The position numbers and the translations under genes were made by a program. Shown in pieces: positions 1 to 15,418 of a stretch of DNA of 64,000 bases. The notes under the pieces were generated by a model, which saw only the letters and a list, made by a program, of their open reading frames with translations, made no database searches and had not been told where the DNA came from. Source of the stretch: Elsinoe ampelina (lineage: Eukaryota); assembly GCA_010093995.1 (NCBI GenBank), contig ML992507.1, forward strand, positions 741,576-805,575, written 5' to 3'. Within the stretch, counting starts at the first letter, position 1. Each line of letters starts with the position of its first letter.

Positions 1-54
1 CATTCTTGCCTGAGCTTGAAAGGCATTGAACAGATGATACCGAGCGCATGAACT

Positions 55-811
55 GTGCTCGGGGTTTTCATGGCTAGTTGGATGGCGTTTTCAGTCTCCT
101 TCTCCTATGCGGCCCTCTTCCCAGCAATTCCAGAGATTGCTTCGAGCTTCAATACTACTCGGACCATCATAGATATTTCTAACGCTGTCGTCTTCGTCTG
201 TATGTATGGCCTTGTCAGCATTCACCTGGGTTCCCATCATGGAGGTCTCTGGCAGGAGACTCGCTTGGTATGCTGCAACATTTGTGTTGCTCGCCTTCTC
301 GATAGCGACAGCGGCGGCCACCCAACGTCGAGACGTGGGTCGCAATGCGATGCTTGTCGCTCCTTCAAGGGACCGTCTTTCACATTGCTGGACAAGCACT
401 ACTCGCAGATATTTTCCCGCTGGTAAGGCCTTACAATTCTTGCATGACTACCAATCACTGACCCTCATTCTACCAGATTAAGCGAGGTTCTCGTCGGGAC
501 CATCACCGGTCGGTGGGCTGAACACGTATTGCGTGGAAGCTTGTCCGGCGCAGCGCACAAGGGTGGTCGCGGGGAAGTACATGTTGCAGTATATCGGTGG
601 GGCAGCGGCGACTGGCGGATTCGTGCCGATGATCGATAGCATCGGGATTGGGATGGCAGGGACGGCGACGGTGGGGATGGTCATGCTTGCTGGGGTGTTG
701 ACGGCTACTGTGGCTTGGCGTGCAGATGAGTGGAGGGGTGGCGGTACGGGTGCGATCAGAGGGGTTGCGCAACAGATTCAAGTACGAGAAGTCACTGGGG
801 CGCGAAGCTAG
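55..811 (+). pseudogene. MFS (DHA1-like) transporter remnant, 5' end uncertain at window edge
   Basis: TM-rich MFS pieces in three frames: ...LFPAIPEIASSFNTT..., ALSAFTWVPIMEVSGRR (GRR loop), PNVETWVAMRCLSLLQGTVFHIAGQALLADIFP, then C-terminal GLNTYCVEACP...KYMLQY...MIDSIGIG. Frameshifts near 200-208 (tatg duplication) and ~320; intron 423-477; the middle helices are absent. Confidence 0.7.
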
Positions 812-1024
812 ACGTCTTTCCCAGGAGCCCAAAGGACACTTCACATGGGATCACTGCTTGGGTGTTTGGAGCCCCACCAGCAGCTTGACTATCACTGGAT
901 AAGAAATCGCATTCAGGTCCAACGTGTAACGATACCACAAAAGATTGCAAAATTTGTCCAAAATATCCGATCCGTACCGTCTCCCCCAGCCCAATTATCC
1001 AGGATCAAGTCAGTGGTCGTCTCC

Positions 1025-2245
1025 TCACAAAACCGACCCTCCATTCCAAGCAAGACGATTCGGCGACCCATCACCAACAGCATAGATCGCATTCTGAGTA
1101 GCAAGATACTGGATCAAATCCGCCGTCTGCTGCACCGGCAACCCATTCGGGTTCTGCGGCAGAGCCTTGAGGTACACCACCAACCCAGCCACGACCGGAC
1201 TGGAGAAAGACGTGCCCGAGCCCGTCGCGAGTGACGTAGGAGAGTCCTTCCAAGTAGACTCCACAGCTGTACCGTCGGCGAAGATGTCAACATTCGGCCC
1301 GTAATTGGAGTAAGGGGCGCGCGAACGTCCATCGGTAGCGCCGACGCAGATGGCTTTAGGGGCCGAGCACGGCCATCCGTTGGCTGGCTCGTTGGAGTTG
1401 CCCGCGGCCACCACGACGGTGATGCCGTAGTTGTAGGCGATGGTGATCAGGTCGTCGAAGGTCGGGTCTGGACCCCCGCCGTAGGAAATGTTGATGACGG
1501 CTTTGCTGGCGCGGCCGTTGTTGATGATGTCGTGCACTGCCCAGTTGAAGCCGGCCATGATGTCGCCTCCGAGGCCGCCGCCGTCGTCTTGGGCTATCTT
1601 GACCGAGATGAGGTTGGTTCGCTTGGCTGAACCGTAGGTGGCGGCGCCGACCATACCGGCCACGAAAGTGCCATGGCCGCCTAGGTCGGTGAAGCCAGAT
1701 GTGATGCCAGTGGCTGTGACGACGCCGTTGTAGGCACGGCCGCCGAATTCGACGTGGCCAATGTTAATGCCGGAGTCGATGATGTAGGCCCAGGTACCTA
1801 CACCGGCAGAGTCATCGTAAACAAAGGTTGTCGCGGCAGGGTCACGGTTTCCCAGACTTTTTAAAGCTTTGGGCGCATTGCCTTGAGTGATCTTGGCCGA
1901 TGGGTAGTAGATTGGCTCGCGGGCTACTGATTGGACGTCAGACTGGGCCTGCAATTCGGCGACAGTGGCTGGGTCGAAGTGACCCGAGTATCCTTTGAAA
2001 GAGCCCAGGTCGAACTCGTGGGCGATGCCGTCAAACTGGACATTGTCATCTCGCTTTGCGAGATTGCTCGTTTGGATGTCTTGGAGCCTTGCAATGTGGC
2101 TGGCCACGTCAATTGATGGTTTGAGTCTGACGATGTACCGATCAGAAGCATTAGTAGTACCGTCTCTGCGTACGGGGACAGCAGCAGCGCCGGCAAGAGT
2201 ATAGAGGGAGGCAGCGAGTGCGCCAAACTTCGCAAAGTAGTGCAT
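1025..2245 (-). CDS. Secreted subtilisin-like serine protease (S8, proteinase K-like) with I9 propeptide, 406 aa, intronless
   Basis: Signal peptide MHYFAKFGALAASLYTLAGAAA; propeptide YIVRLK...GYSGHF; catalytic motifs YIIDSG, GHGTFVAG, GTSFSSP; oxyanion AAGN. Confidence 0.93.
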   Translation of the reverse strand: MHYFAKFGALAASLYTLAGAAAVPVRRDGTTNASDRYIVRLKPSIDVASHIARLQDIQTSNLAKRDDNVQFDGIAHEFDLGSFKGYSGHFDPATVAELQAQSDVQSVAREPIYYPSAKITQGNAPKALKSLGNRDPAATTFVYDDSAGVGTWAYIIDSGINIGHVEFGGRAYNGVVTATGITSGFTDLGGHGTFVAGMVGAATYGSAKRTNLISVKIAQDDGGGLGGDIMAGFNWAVHDIINNGRASKAVINISYGGGPDPTFDDLITIAYNYGITVVVAAGNSNEPANGWPCSAPKAICVGATDGRSRAPYSNYGPNVDIFADGTAVESTWKDSPTSLATGSGTSFSSPVVAGLVVYLKALPQNPNGLPVQQTADLIQYLATQNAIYAVGDGSPNRLAWNGGSVL

Positions 2246-3358
2246 GGTGCGAATGAAGTGCTCAAAGAGTGGTTGATGGAAATTTGGCCCTGAGACCTGC
2301 AGCATGGTTGACTTTATACAAAAGATGAATCTCACTCACCTTCACGGATATTCGCGATTCAGCAAATGGCATTGCAGCATTATGGATTGGGGGAATACCA
2401 ACCCCGCTAGATTTGGGTCTATACCGATTGCTTCTCCAGGTAAAGGCAGGCATCCTGCTTCGAGAGGATGGTAAAGTACGCAAGTCATGTCCGCAATTTC
2501 CAGGGAGGTCCGAGCGAGATCTCGTGTGGCCTGGGGCTGGTAGTGGTAGGCTGAGTATAAGCCAATATTGATGGGCAGAGACCGGTGATGTTGCTCGGCA
2601 GCCAACCCGAGTCGAATGGCTTGACCCTGACCACTGGCGTGACCACATGGCTCCTTGCAAGGGACAGCATTAGCAGGACCTCGACCGTTTCCTGTCAGAT
2701 GAAGATCAACTTCAGCTGTAGAGTCCCAATTTGGTGTGATCTACTCGAGCTTGAATGGCCTTCACCGGTCGATAGATTGCGACGAGCTGAGCTGAGGATT
2801 TGACCGGTTTTGCAGCTCGCCAAACCGGGCAGCTCTCACACAGTGCAGACATATCGGCCCCAGTCTCAATGACCCACGCCGCATACTGTCTTCCAGATCC
2901 GTGTGTATCTTTCTGTACAAGTCCAACAGATCAATGTATGACAGGTTTCGAAATGATGAGAAGACAAGGTGAAGCAAAACATCGGAGTAAGCAATGCAGA
3001 CACTTTCCCCTCGAGTCGACCAATCAGGACAAGTTCGCTTGCATCATGCAGACTGCACGCCTCGCCCGCCATCCTTCTATTCTCTATCCAACATGCTTGC
3101 TGCAATTTTTCTTGCGTACATGACTTTCACCGGTCCCAATGGTACCAACAGCGTTACATTGTGAGACTGCCGGCAGTGACAATGTAGAGCTGCAGCAAAC
3201 GGGCGAACTAAGAACCTCGGTATACTTCCTTCGTCCCCCCAGCCTTTCACCCCCTTCCGGACCCCTAATCAACCACCTGCCAGCAGACCGACCAAAAGGA
3301 AGCAAAATGCGACCCCCGCGACAACCTGGTATTCATCAAACTAGAACCAAAAAGCAAA

Positions 3359-3477
3359 AGATACAGCACCTGGGATTCACACGTGGCCACCCACCGCATT
3401 ACTAATCAGGCGATCAGTTGCTTAAATATGGCAGATCTGACGGGATGCCTTGCTTTCAACTGTCTATGGCCGTATCT
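3359..3477 (-). rRNA. 5S rRNA gene, dispersed copy 1
   Basis: 119 nt AGATACGGCC...GTGCTGTATCT with complementary ends and 5S-typical core (GATTAGTA...GGGTG.CCAC.TGTGAATCCC), followed by a T-run Pol III terminator; near-identical to two other copies in the window. Confidence 0.93.
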
Positions 3478-3590
3478 GACAGTGGAAACACATTCTGCCA
3501 ATATGTCCCTTGTCCACCAATGTCCAGTACACGTGCAATGTCCGACCGCTACGAAAAGTGCTCCACCGCCGATGACTCCCACGCACCGGT

Positions 3591-5451
3591 CTACGCGTTC
3601 AACTCCGACAATGCCAAAGCGTACACCCGCTCCATCATGCGCCGTTCCTGCTCATCCCTGACATCCTCAGTGACAGAGACCGTCCCATTATTCTGCAGTG
3701 CTTCGGTCACCATAGCCCAGCCATTCTTCTGTGGTGTACACTCGGCGCCTGCATCCGGTAGTGTACCGTTGGTGAAGTAGTCCCCGATAGCCCTCATCGT
3801 GCAGAGAGATGGATGGTTCGCAACGCCATGCTGCGATCATGTCAGTCCACGTCCTCTATCCAGACGATGCAGCGACTTACCCCGTGCCCGTTGTGGACAA
3901 GTAATCTGGCGCCGTTGAACGCCGTCGCTGCTTCGAACGCATTCTGGAGTGGCGTGATGGGATCGTATGGGCTGTTCGTCAGCATCACCGGATAGCTGGT
4001 GTTGATGCCACGAAAGACGCCTTCGAACGGTTCCGGTGATTGGAACTTCCACTGGGAACAGACCCAGACTTGGCTCGAGAAGGAGTCCGGGAAGGTACCG
4101 CCGCCCTGCAGCTGTGCTTGTACGGATGAGTACATGTCTCCTGGGTTTGATGCACGAAAGGCAGAGTCCAAGCAGGCGACTCCATGGAAGGCATCCGTGC
4201 CTAGGTTCCACGCAGGCTCTGGCGGAGGAATATCGTCGGGGCTGAAGTCGAGGTATGGAGAGAAGTCACCGCTCAGGGTTTGGTTGACAAGACTCGCCAG
4301 GGTGAAGTACTGATTTGGTCGGTAGACGAATCTTAGCAGGATAGTCTTCAGCTGGCTGAGAAGTGGGAGGCCTTCTGCCGACCCCCACCAAGGGGCTACA
4401 GGAAAGTTGTCTGGTAGGGTGAGGTTCTGCGCTCTGACCTCTTCGAGGCTGTCGACAAGGGTGTCCATAAGGGAGTGCGCGCTGGTACCCTCGCCATTGT
4501 AACTGGCAAGCGGGCAGATCAAGGGGCCTGCTTCAATGCATTCCGTAAAGAAGTGCAGCAGACTCTTGACGGTGTCCCGGGTGACGGTGAGCCACTGGCC
4601 GGCGTAGTAGTCGTTAGGTGATACAACGCTGTCGAGGAGCATGCGTTCAACCCGATCAGGGAAAATGCTGGCAAATGTCTGCCCCAGAATGGTTCCGTAC
4701 GACCGTCCCCAGAACCGGAGTTGACCATCTTCGTTGACAGCTTCGGCAATCTTGAGGAGGTCGCGGGCAACATAAGGAGTGCCGAGGAAATTGCCAGTGG
4801 CTTCCTGTTCTTCTTTGCAGCGTTCGGCAAATACTCCACCATCCCCCCAGGCCTTATTCTGGAACAGCCCCAAAGCGTCGATCATGGGAAAGGTGTCGGT
4901 ACGATTGTACTGGTCGCTGCGCTTCGAGAGAACTGGGGATGGCGAGCATGAAAATGGAATAGTCCGACCAACGCCCCTGCTTTCTGTTAGCTCACATTCG
5001 CTGTGTTGAATGCTGTATATCGACTAACCTCGGGTCAAATCCGATGATATCGTACTGATCTCTGAGTACGCTTTGCTTGTCAACAAGTGTAAGTCTCCGG
5101 TCGCGTCTCGACTTACGCTGCATATGCACCTCCGTTTGTGGCAACTTCTTCTACACCAGAGAAGCCTGGCCCTCCTGGCGAGAACACTAGGCTTCCTTTT
5201 GCAGGCTGCTGGAGCGCTTTCACTCGAATTAGCTGAAGAAGGAGACTGGTAGAATTGGCTCTGCTGTAGTCCAGAGGAACTTCCAGCGTGGCGCATTCGA
5301 TTGGATCAATGATCCTACTGGCTAGCGCGGGAGGGAAGCCTAGGTCGCAAGCATTCCAAGCAAGCTGTGTTACTGCATCGCCACGTGGAACGATGGCTCG
5401 ACTGTATACCACAGATGAGAGTGAGAAGAAGACAAGGGAAGATGATCGCAT
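3591..5451 (-). CDS. Secreted alpha/beta-hydrolase (TAP-like / peptidase S33 family), 4 exons
   Basis: Signal peptide; CATLEVPLDY, SPGGPG, GFDPRGVG, nucleophile WGRSYG, PYDPITP, GHG|HG. Introns ~5071-5116, 4977-5028, 3831-3880 with GT..CTRAC..AG. Confidence 0.88.
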
Positions 5452-5831
5452 GGTTCTGGAAGATGTGCTGGAGTTGAGATTGATGATGACCTACCCACTC
5501 ATCGTCCATAATGCAATACTTATACTTGAACGAATACCAGTAAGCATTCGTGCACCTTGACGTTGACATGCGGTGTTTGAATGGTAGAAGAAGCTGTGCA
5601 AGCCTGAAGATGAAGTTGCCACTCTGCCAAGATCTCCGCCCCGCTGCGCTTTTCCTGTTCGGGCCCAATGCGCCGCTCTTCAGGCTGCGTCCGACAACTC
5701 CGTCCTCGCATGTACGACTGCTTACGCCAAGATTGTGATATGATCTTGCATCAGCGGCTGGCTGGCCATGCGCCTCACTCTCTCTTAATGGAGCTGTACA
5801 CCTTCATGATCGTGCAAAGTCGTCCATCGTC

Positions 5832-7272
5832 ATGCCTGGAGTGCCTACCAGCAAGAGCTGCGACGCCTGCCTGAAGTCGAAGAGGAAGGTGGGATTGGCT
5901 TACAACTACGCGTATCGGACGTAAGCATGGCTGACACGAGCTAGTGCGATCGACAGCCGCCGGCATGCTCACGTTGTGCTAGACTAAAGATCCCCTGCAT
6001 CAATGCTGGTGTTCGGAGATACAGATTCTTCGCCATTGAAGGACGACGAAAGGATGGAGCTACCATGTTAGTTGTCAAGCCACCGTCTAGAGTCACCCTT
6101 GTAGCGGCACCACAAGGGAATGCGACAACCCGACTTGCTGGTAGGCTTGTGACGCAGCTGGGTGTCAGCAATGTCCGGTACAACATCCGAATGACTTACG
6201 GACCCCTGCTAAGCGACATACCGCGTCGACTTGGTGAAAACGCTGTGTTGGATGCTGCTACAGTAGCTCTTGTAGCTACATTTGATGATCTAGCCTGTGG
6301 ACAAATGTCACAGCAGAGATTTAGGGCTTACGGTGAAGCATTGTCTGAGCTACGCCAGGCTGTCCAGAATCCAGCAATGGCTCATAGTCCGTTGACATTG
6401 TGCGCTATTCTACTGATTTGGATATGCCAAGGGTGGATTGGCGGCGATCAAAGCAATGCCCAAGGACATGGTGCTGGCTTCCTCCGGTTGATCAGTCGGA
6501 CTTCGTTGCGTCACTCGCGGGATCCTTTCGAGCTGACTCTTCTGCATACGATCCTTGCTTCTACGGTATGTCGAAAATCTGGTCAGACATGCAGAGCTGA
6601 TGGAAATAGATCTTCGAGGCTGCATTTGACCCCGACCTTGAGCTAGAGCCATGGGTGTCTGACTTCATGCTGGCCGGCGGCAAGAAAGATGACATAAGTG
6701 TCATGTCTTGCCTTTTGCAGCTGTCGAGCTTCCTGAAATATGATTACGAAGTACTTCCGCAGCTGCGCCGATACTATCATGCTATGAAGCAGAAGTGTAT
6801 AACGATGCGGGATCTCTTGGGAAACATGTCGCATCCGGGAGTTTCGGAACAAGCTCAGATCGTCGCCGCAAGCTCCGTGTCTGCCTTTGGCTTGACCTCG
6901 GGCGTGGCTTTAGCATTGAATGGTATTGCCAGGGCGTACGACCCTGATGATCCCCAGCTCGTGGATGACTCCGATCGTCTGCATCGGGACATCGTTGGTC
7001 TTGCAAATCGTGCTCGAGCGTGGCTACCCTTGGCTGGGGGCTGGATTCCGATAGCTCCAGAGTTCGCTTGGCTTGCAAACTCAGACCCCGTGAGACAAAG
7101 AGAAATCGAGGAGACATGGAATCGATGCTGGAAGGAAGTGTCACATTCGCCTTTCGGCGTATCAAGCCGATTCAAACAGAGATTCGATCAGCTGCGAGCC
7201 AGTGCCGCGATAAATTACCAATATGGTCAAGACATAGAGATCTACCATACAGGCATGATTGCGGCTACCTAG
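5832..7272 (+). CDS. Zn(II)2Cys6 fungal transcription factor, 3 exons
   Basis: Spliced N-terminus MPGVPTSKSCDACLKSKRK|CDRQPPACSRCARLKIPC (intron 5889-5944) is in frame with ORF 6065-6646; second intron 6567-6610 joins ORF 6655-7272. Confidence 0.88.
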
Positions 7273-7826
7273 ACTCCCGCTACCGCCCCAGCGATCTCTG
7301 CGACAGAACCCAGCTGTTTATTCTCAGCATCTTGACCTTGCATCGTTGCCACCCAGGCACACAAGATGAGGTCCACCACAAAGTCATTCCCGGACACGAA
7401 GATCTCCAGCAACCACTGTTTATCCCTCATCCCCGGCAGCTTTCCTCTTGCCAGCAGCGTACCTTGCTCATCTCGGAGCTCTTCGAGCTTCTGCTCCCCA
7501 GGACGTAATTTGAGCTTGCCAAAGGGCGCCTCTATCTCTTTCCCATAGCGCATGCCCTCCCAGCTCTGCTTGACTTTGATTTCCTGGCCATGTAGGTGGA
7601 GGCGAATGGTACCACTGAGGGATGATTCTTTAAAGGTGCAGAGTTGAGCTCGCGAAGGTGTCAAGCGGAGCACTGTGCCTCTGGCGATGGCAAAGGATGC
7701 CACCTCTCGATTTGCCGGGTCGACAGCTTGAATGTGATACTTGGATAGTGGAGCGCTGAAGGTGAGATACGGCATCGAGGGTGCCATATCCTTTGATTTG
7801 AATAGTGAGGATAGACCGAACGTCAT
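7269..7826 (-). CDS. Conserved-looking hypothetical protein, 185 aa (possibly tubby/LURP-like beta-rich fold)
   Basis: Single ORF with ATG and upstream TATATA; beta-strand-like pattern with a C-terminal hydrophobic helix (VVDLILCAWVA). Fold assignment is tentative. Confidence 0.65.
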   Translation of the reverse strand: MTFGLSSLFKSKDMAPSMPYLTFSAPLSKYHIQAVDPANREVASFAIARGTVLRLTPSRAQLCTFKESSLSGTIRLHLHGQEIKVKQSWEGMRYGKEIEAPFGKLKLRPGEQKLEELRDEQGTLLARGKLPGMRDKQWLLEIFVSGNDFVVDLILCAWVATMQGQDAENKQLGSVAEIAGAVAGV

Positions 7827-8502
7827 TGGAAATTTTGAGTCTAGAGGTTGCAGATCGAATGCTCAAGACAAGATTCACGCTGCCATGGACTCCAGTAGTA
7901 TATATAGCTTTGGTTTCGTGGTCACTGCAGTTGCCCTCGGATGAACCACTTGTACCTGAAGATCGTTTCCCGATGGGGCAAAACGCGCCGCCCAGGCGTC
8001 CTGCGATATAAAAGGCAATGCTGACTATGAGATGAGGCACGCATGGCAGCCTGGTACGCATGCATGCTGACATGCGTGTCTCGCGCAATCTTGCTGGGTA
8101 GATCAACACATCATGAAGTCACAATCAAGTTGTGTCAAAGTAACGGCCCTACTGCTCAGCAATCGAATTATCTGCTACCAGCAGTGGTCGAGTTCGCGCG
8201 CATTTCAGGCTTTGCTGTTTATAATCATCATATCATGAACGAACTACTACAAACCCTCTGCTTCTAAGCTTCTTCAAGTTACACTTCAACCGTCTAACGG
8301 TTCTGCAAGCGCTACCTGTATGTTCGGGGTTCAATCTAATGCAGGTCCGACAGGTAAGGGGGAGACCGCTCCGAGCTCAGTGTGCTCCAGACTGGACGTG
8401 CTGATGTTCGAGCGGCTTCATTTCCCCTGGTAGGAATGGCATAGTTCTTGACTTGTTCTTTTGTAAGCATTCTGTGTATCTTATATCTAACCATGTCGTC
8501 GC

Positions 8503-9518
8503 TCATGTGAACAGCATCCCGCCATTAGCACATACCACATCCCCCGTCACCCACTTCGCCTTGTCGCTGCACAACCACGAGATGATACCTGCCACATCCT
8601 CTGGCGTACCACATCGAGGCGCAGCCGGAACATTTTTGTTCTGTTCCTCCATCCGCTTTAGATGTGTCTCCCCAGCAGCTCTGTACATGTCGGTATCGAC
8701 TGGACCAGGATTGACTGCGTTGACTGTGACGTTGTACTCATGGCCCAACTCCTTTGCCCAAACACGCGTTAAGCCTTCGACAGCTGCTTTGCTTGACGCA
8801 TATACGGTCTGGGTAGCATAACCACCTCTTGCTGAGATGGAGGAAAGGTTGACGATGCGGTTGGCGTGAGTTCGATCGAAGTGTGGTAGGACGGCTTGGG
8901 TCATGAAGATGACAGAGCGGACGTTGACGTCCATCAGCTTCGTATACTCTTCGACGGTGACTGATGCCAGGGGAGTGTTCTGACCAAGTCCAGCGTTGTT
9001 GACGAGAATGTCGATAGTGTTTGTCGAAAACGCCGAGAGAGTCGCGTCGATGATGACTCTAGGAGATGCGAGATCCGCCATATCTGCCTGCACGCAGTGG
9101 GCACGACCGCCCGAAGCCATAACGGACGAGACTAGATCTTCAGCCAGTTTTTCAGAGGAGGGAGAGACATAGTTGAACGCCACCTGCAAGTCTTAGTGCG
9201 GGGCCACCACTTGTTGTTGCGCATGGTCGGATGTCGGAAGGCGACCGCGTGCTGTTTGGGCTGGTCATGCGAGAAAATTGCTGCAACATCGCCAGCAATA
9301 CGGTACAGTGATACCGATATCACGAATTCCAAAGTATGCCGTTCTCTTCTTTGGGAAGATTACAACTACCAACGCACCGCAAAGCCAAGGATACCAGCGC
9401 ATTATACAGCAAAGGTTTTACTCACACTTGCACCTTCTGCCGCAAGCTCTTTGACGATCCCGGCACCAATGCCCCTCGCGCCACCAGTGACTATCGCGAC
9501 TTTGCCTTTGAGCGACAT
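8503..9518 (-). CDS. Short-chain dehydrogenase/reductase (FabG-like SDR), 2 exons, ~257 aa
   Basis: Exon 1 [18 protein letters not shown] (TGxxxGxG); 242-bp intron 9184-9425; ILVNNAG, YASSK catalytic motif, VNPGP. Confidence 0.92.
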
Positions 9519-10814
9519 GTTGCAGCGAATAAGAAACTGCTACGGCCTCGTCCTTATGTCTAAAGCCTCAAATTCCACCGACACTCAGATGTCAGCAATG
9601 AAACAGGGTCCTTCGTGATTCGAGATCCGAGGTACAACGAGCAACTTCGGTGAAAAAACACACCGTGGAATTGTGTGATGTTGGCTCTCACAGCTTGACG
9701 AGGTGAGGTCGCCATGTCCAGCCCGGTTTCGGCGATGGAACAGCCGAGCATATCTCGCGCATCCGGGCCGACAGAAGTCGCGTCAGTTTGGCGTGCGGGA
9801 CCGAGCTGTCAGAAAGTCGAGCTGTTGGGCGTTTTGATCACCGACGCATCATGATAGACCGACTACTCACGTGTAATCGATGATGCTTCGACGAGAGAAT
9901 CTGCAAATAGCAATAAGTGCTGGGTTATGTCTTTGGTCAAATGTCACTGTTTTGATGACAGGATGTTGAGACTGGATTTGGGGGCGCGGCGATCATTCCC
10001 ATTTGGGTCATGCTTTCCGTGACCACCGCTCTCGAGATTCTGCTGGACCTCGAATTCAGAAACAACCACAACCTACCACATCCTTTCCCGAGCACCAGCC
10101 ACAATGCCACCTGTCGCGTTCCTGCAACGGCTCTGGTCAAGATCGACTGGCTCATTGATAACAAAACACTGTTGCACTCGCGGCGGTGGTGGTCGATAAC
10201 GAGTCAACCACGGGGTCCCGTATCTCTCTCCACGATAAGACATTGAGCCCGACAAGGTCTTGCTGCACTTGCAGCTCGAATGAGCACGCAGGCGATCAGA
10301 ATGGCCTCATTCTGCCTTGAGTAACACGACCTTGGGCATTGTACCTCACGTCACGTTCGAATCGATGGTGTGAGTGATTTGATGGCCAGATTGACCCTAG
10401 AGCACGGGGGTCCTGCGTCCATGATCACATGGAATCAGAGCTATGGCCATGTCCAACGAGAAGTACCTCCGCTTGCTGCCGTCCGGGGTAAATCCCATAA
10501 TAACGGCCCAACTTTCATGGGTGTTGAAACCAAATCCGTCTAGTGTTTGCGTGGCATGACCACCAACACCTGACACGAAGCCCGGAGGCGATTTGATGCC
10601 CACCAGCTCTTCAACGGCACCATGATTCCCGATTCAGCCCTGTTCCCGACGCCCCTGATGGGCAATAGGTCCATGATAAGACCATTGTATATGATAAGTA
10701 TCATCCTCCCCAGCATACCGTCTGCTTTCCGTCATATCTGCCACCAACCTCGTCGTCGCTCCGTCAACTCCCTCTCACAACCACAAGCTCTTTCACAGCA
10801 CATTCTCCTCAATC

Positions 10815-12104
10815 ATGTCAAGAGTCTTCAATTATTTGGGCTGGGGCAGCGCACCTCCCAAGCAGGAAGAAATCCAGAATGCAGTCCGAGCACTGCCGGC
10901 GTCCTGGTATACCTCCAAAGAGATGTATGAGCTTGAGAGGCGTGCCATATTCTCAAGGAGATGGCAAATAATCACACACCGTGCTAGACTACAAAAGGCC
11001 GGAGACTTCGTTCGCTTTGAGATAGCCGGCTTCAGCTTCGTCGTGGCAAAGGATAGAGAGGGCAAGATCAACGCATTCCACAATGTTTGCAGGCACCGAG
11101 CCTATCCTGTCATCGAGAAAGAGGAGGGCTCGGCGAAGATCTTCTCATGCAGATACCATGGCTGGTCCTATGGTATCAATGGCAAGCTCGCCAAAGCACC
11201 AGGTTACCAGGATCTCCCAGGATTCGACAAATCCCAGAATGGACTGCTACCCATTCACACACGTATCGACAGCAAGGGCTTTGTCTGGATTAATCTCGAT
11301 GGTAAGAAGACTCCCGAAGTCACCTGGGAAGAGGAATTCGATGGAGTAGACGAGCAGGAGCGATTCAACGCATTCGACTTTGACAACTACCAATACGACC
11401 ATTCCTGGGGCATTGATGCGGACTACAACTGGAAGATCGCCGCCGATAACTACAATGAGTGCTACCACTGTGCAACCACACACCCCGACTTGCCAGCTAT
11501 TGCCAACCTGGAATCCTATGATGTACACCCCAAGGCTTCGCACATCGACCACGACGCTGCCACAACAGACGAGCAGAGAGCGGCAGGCATGACCATTGCT
11601 AGCACATATTACTACCCTAATGCCTCCACAACAGTCAAGTAGGTCTGATCTCATTGACGGAAAAGTTTGACATGCTGACCATAATCCAGTCCTCACTTCA
11701 TCATGATCCAACGATTTGTCCCCTCGAGCGCCACCAAGTCACACATCAGCTACCAAGTATTCCGGAACAAGAACTCCTCGGAAGAAGACTTCCAGACCGT
11801 GAACAAGATGTACAAGCGGGTCATGACTGAAGACAAAGCACTCTGCAATGCAGCACAGAGGAACCTCAATGCCGGCATCTTCATCAATGGTGAGATGCAT
11901 CCAAAGATGGAGAAGGGACCTCTCTACTTCCAGAGTGTCACACGGACAATGGTGACGGAGCATCACAAACGGGAACAACTCACTGGCAAGGAGATCTGGC
12001 CAGCGCAACAGCAGCTGCCAGAAACTGCTGGGATCAGCAAGGCAGATGTCGAATTCTGCTCCGGCCTAGCATGCTCCACCAACCAGGAGCAGCTGGTATG
12101 GTAA
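10815..12104 (+). CDS. Rieske [2Fe-2S] non-heme iron oxygenase alpha subunit (choline monooxygenase / betaine demethylase-like)
   Basis: Rieske ligands HNVCRH...CRYHGW; mononuclear iron site NYNECYHCATTH and EDKALC; intron 11639-11689. Confidence 0.92.
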
Positions 12105-12724
12105 ATTCGGACGAGATTGGCAGTCATGATTGATGATACCTTTGTTTATCACATGGTCGGTTGAGCTAGGACTCCTGCATATTCATAGCGATTTCTTGCT
12201 GTTGTCATTATATCTAGATTGAATACCACCCTAATTTGGACAATAAGTTGAAGCTTTCTCCGATTGCGCTCTTGCTCGCGCTCTTGCTCATTCGCTTGCT
12301 CGAATCGCCGTTGTGCCTTCAAGTGTCTGACCGCTCTTCGTAACTCATCTTATCGGAGATCTGACTGGCAGGGCGTGCCTGAAGCATATCGGACATGTTG
12401 ACCATGGAAGAAGGCGTGTTCATGCCAACCAATCACAAGGCACGTCGCGGCCTCGGGACGATGAACCGCTGGAGCAAGCCCGCGAGATCTGCACCGGGCA
12501 CCGACGCTAGTGCCTAATCGGGACACAAATTCCTGGCCAAAAAAGGAAATCAAGCCCATGGGCAACTCGAACAGCACCCGTGGCCACCATTTGTTCTCCA
12601 CCTGATACGTACCCTATCGCCGGCCCGGCTTGACCAAGATGGGTCTCGCTATGGACTGCCGTCCGATTCATACTGTGAGGAGCAAACATATCCGACCAGG
12701 TTTAAGACGCTGTGATCGGGCTAA

Positions 12725-15418
<2,694 letters not shown>

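Noticed and set aside
3139..3661. ORFs sharing THRITNQAISCLNMADLTGCL with ORF 15677-16003
   Set aside because: These are antisense translations of the 5S rRNA copies, not a repeated protein domain.
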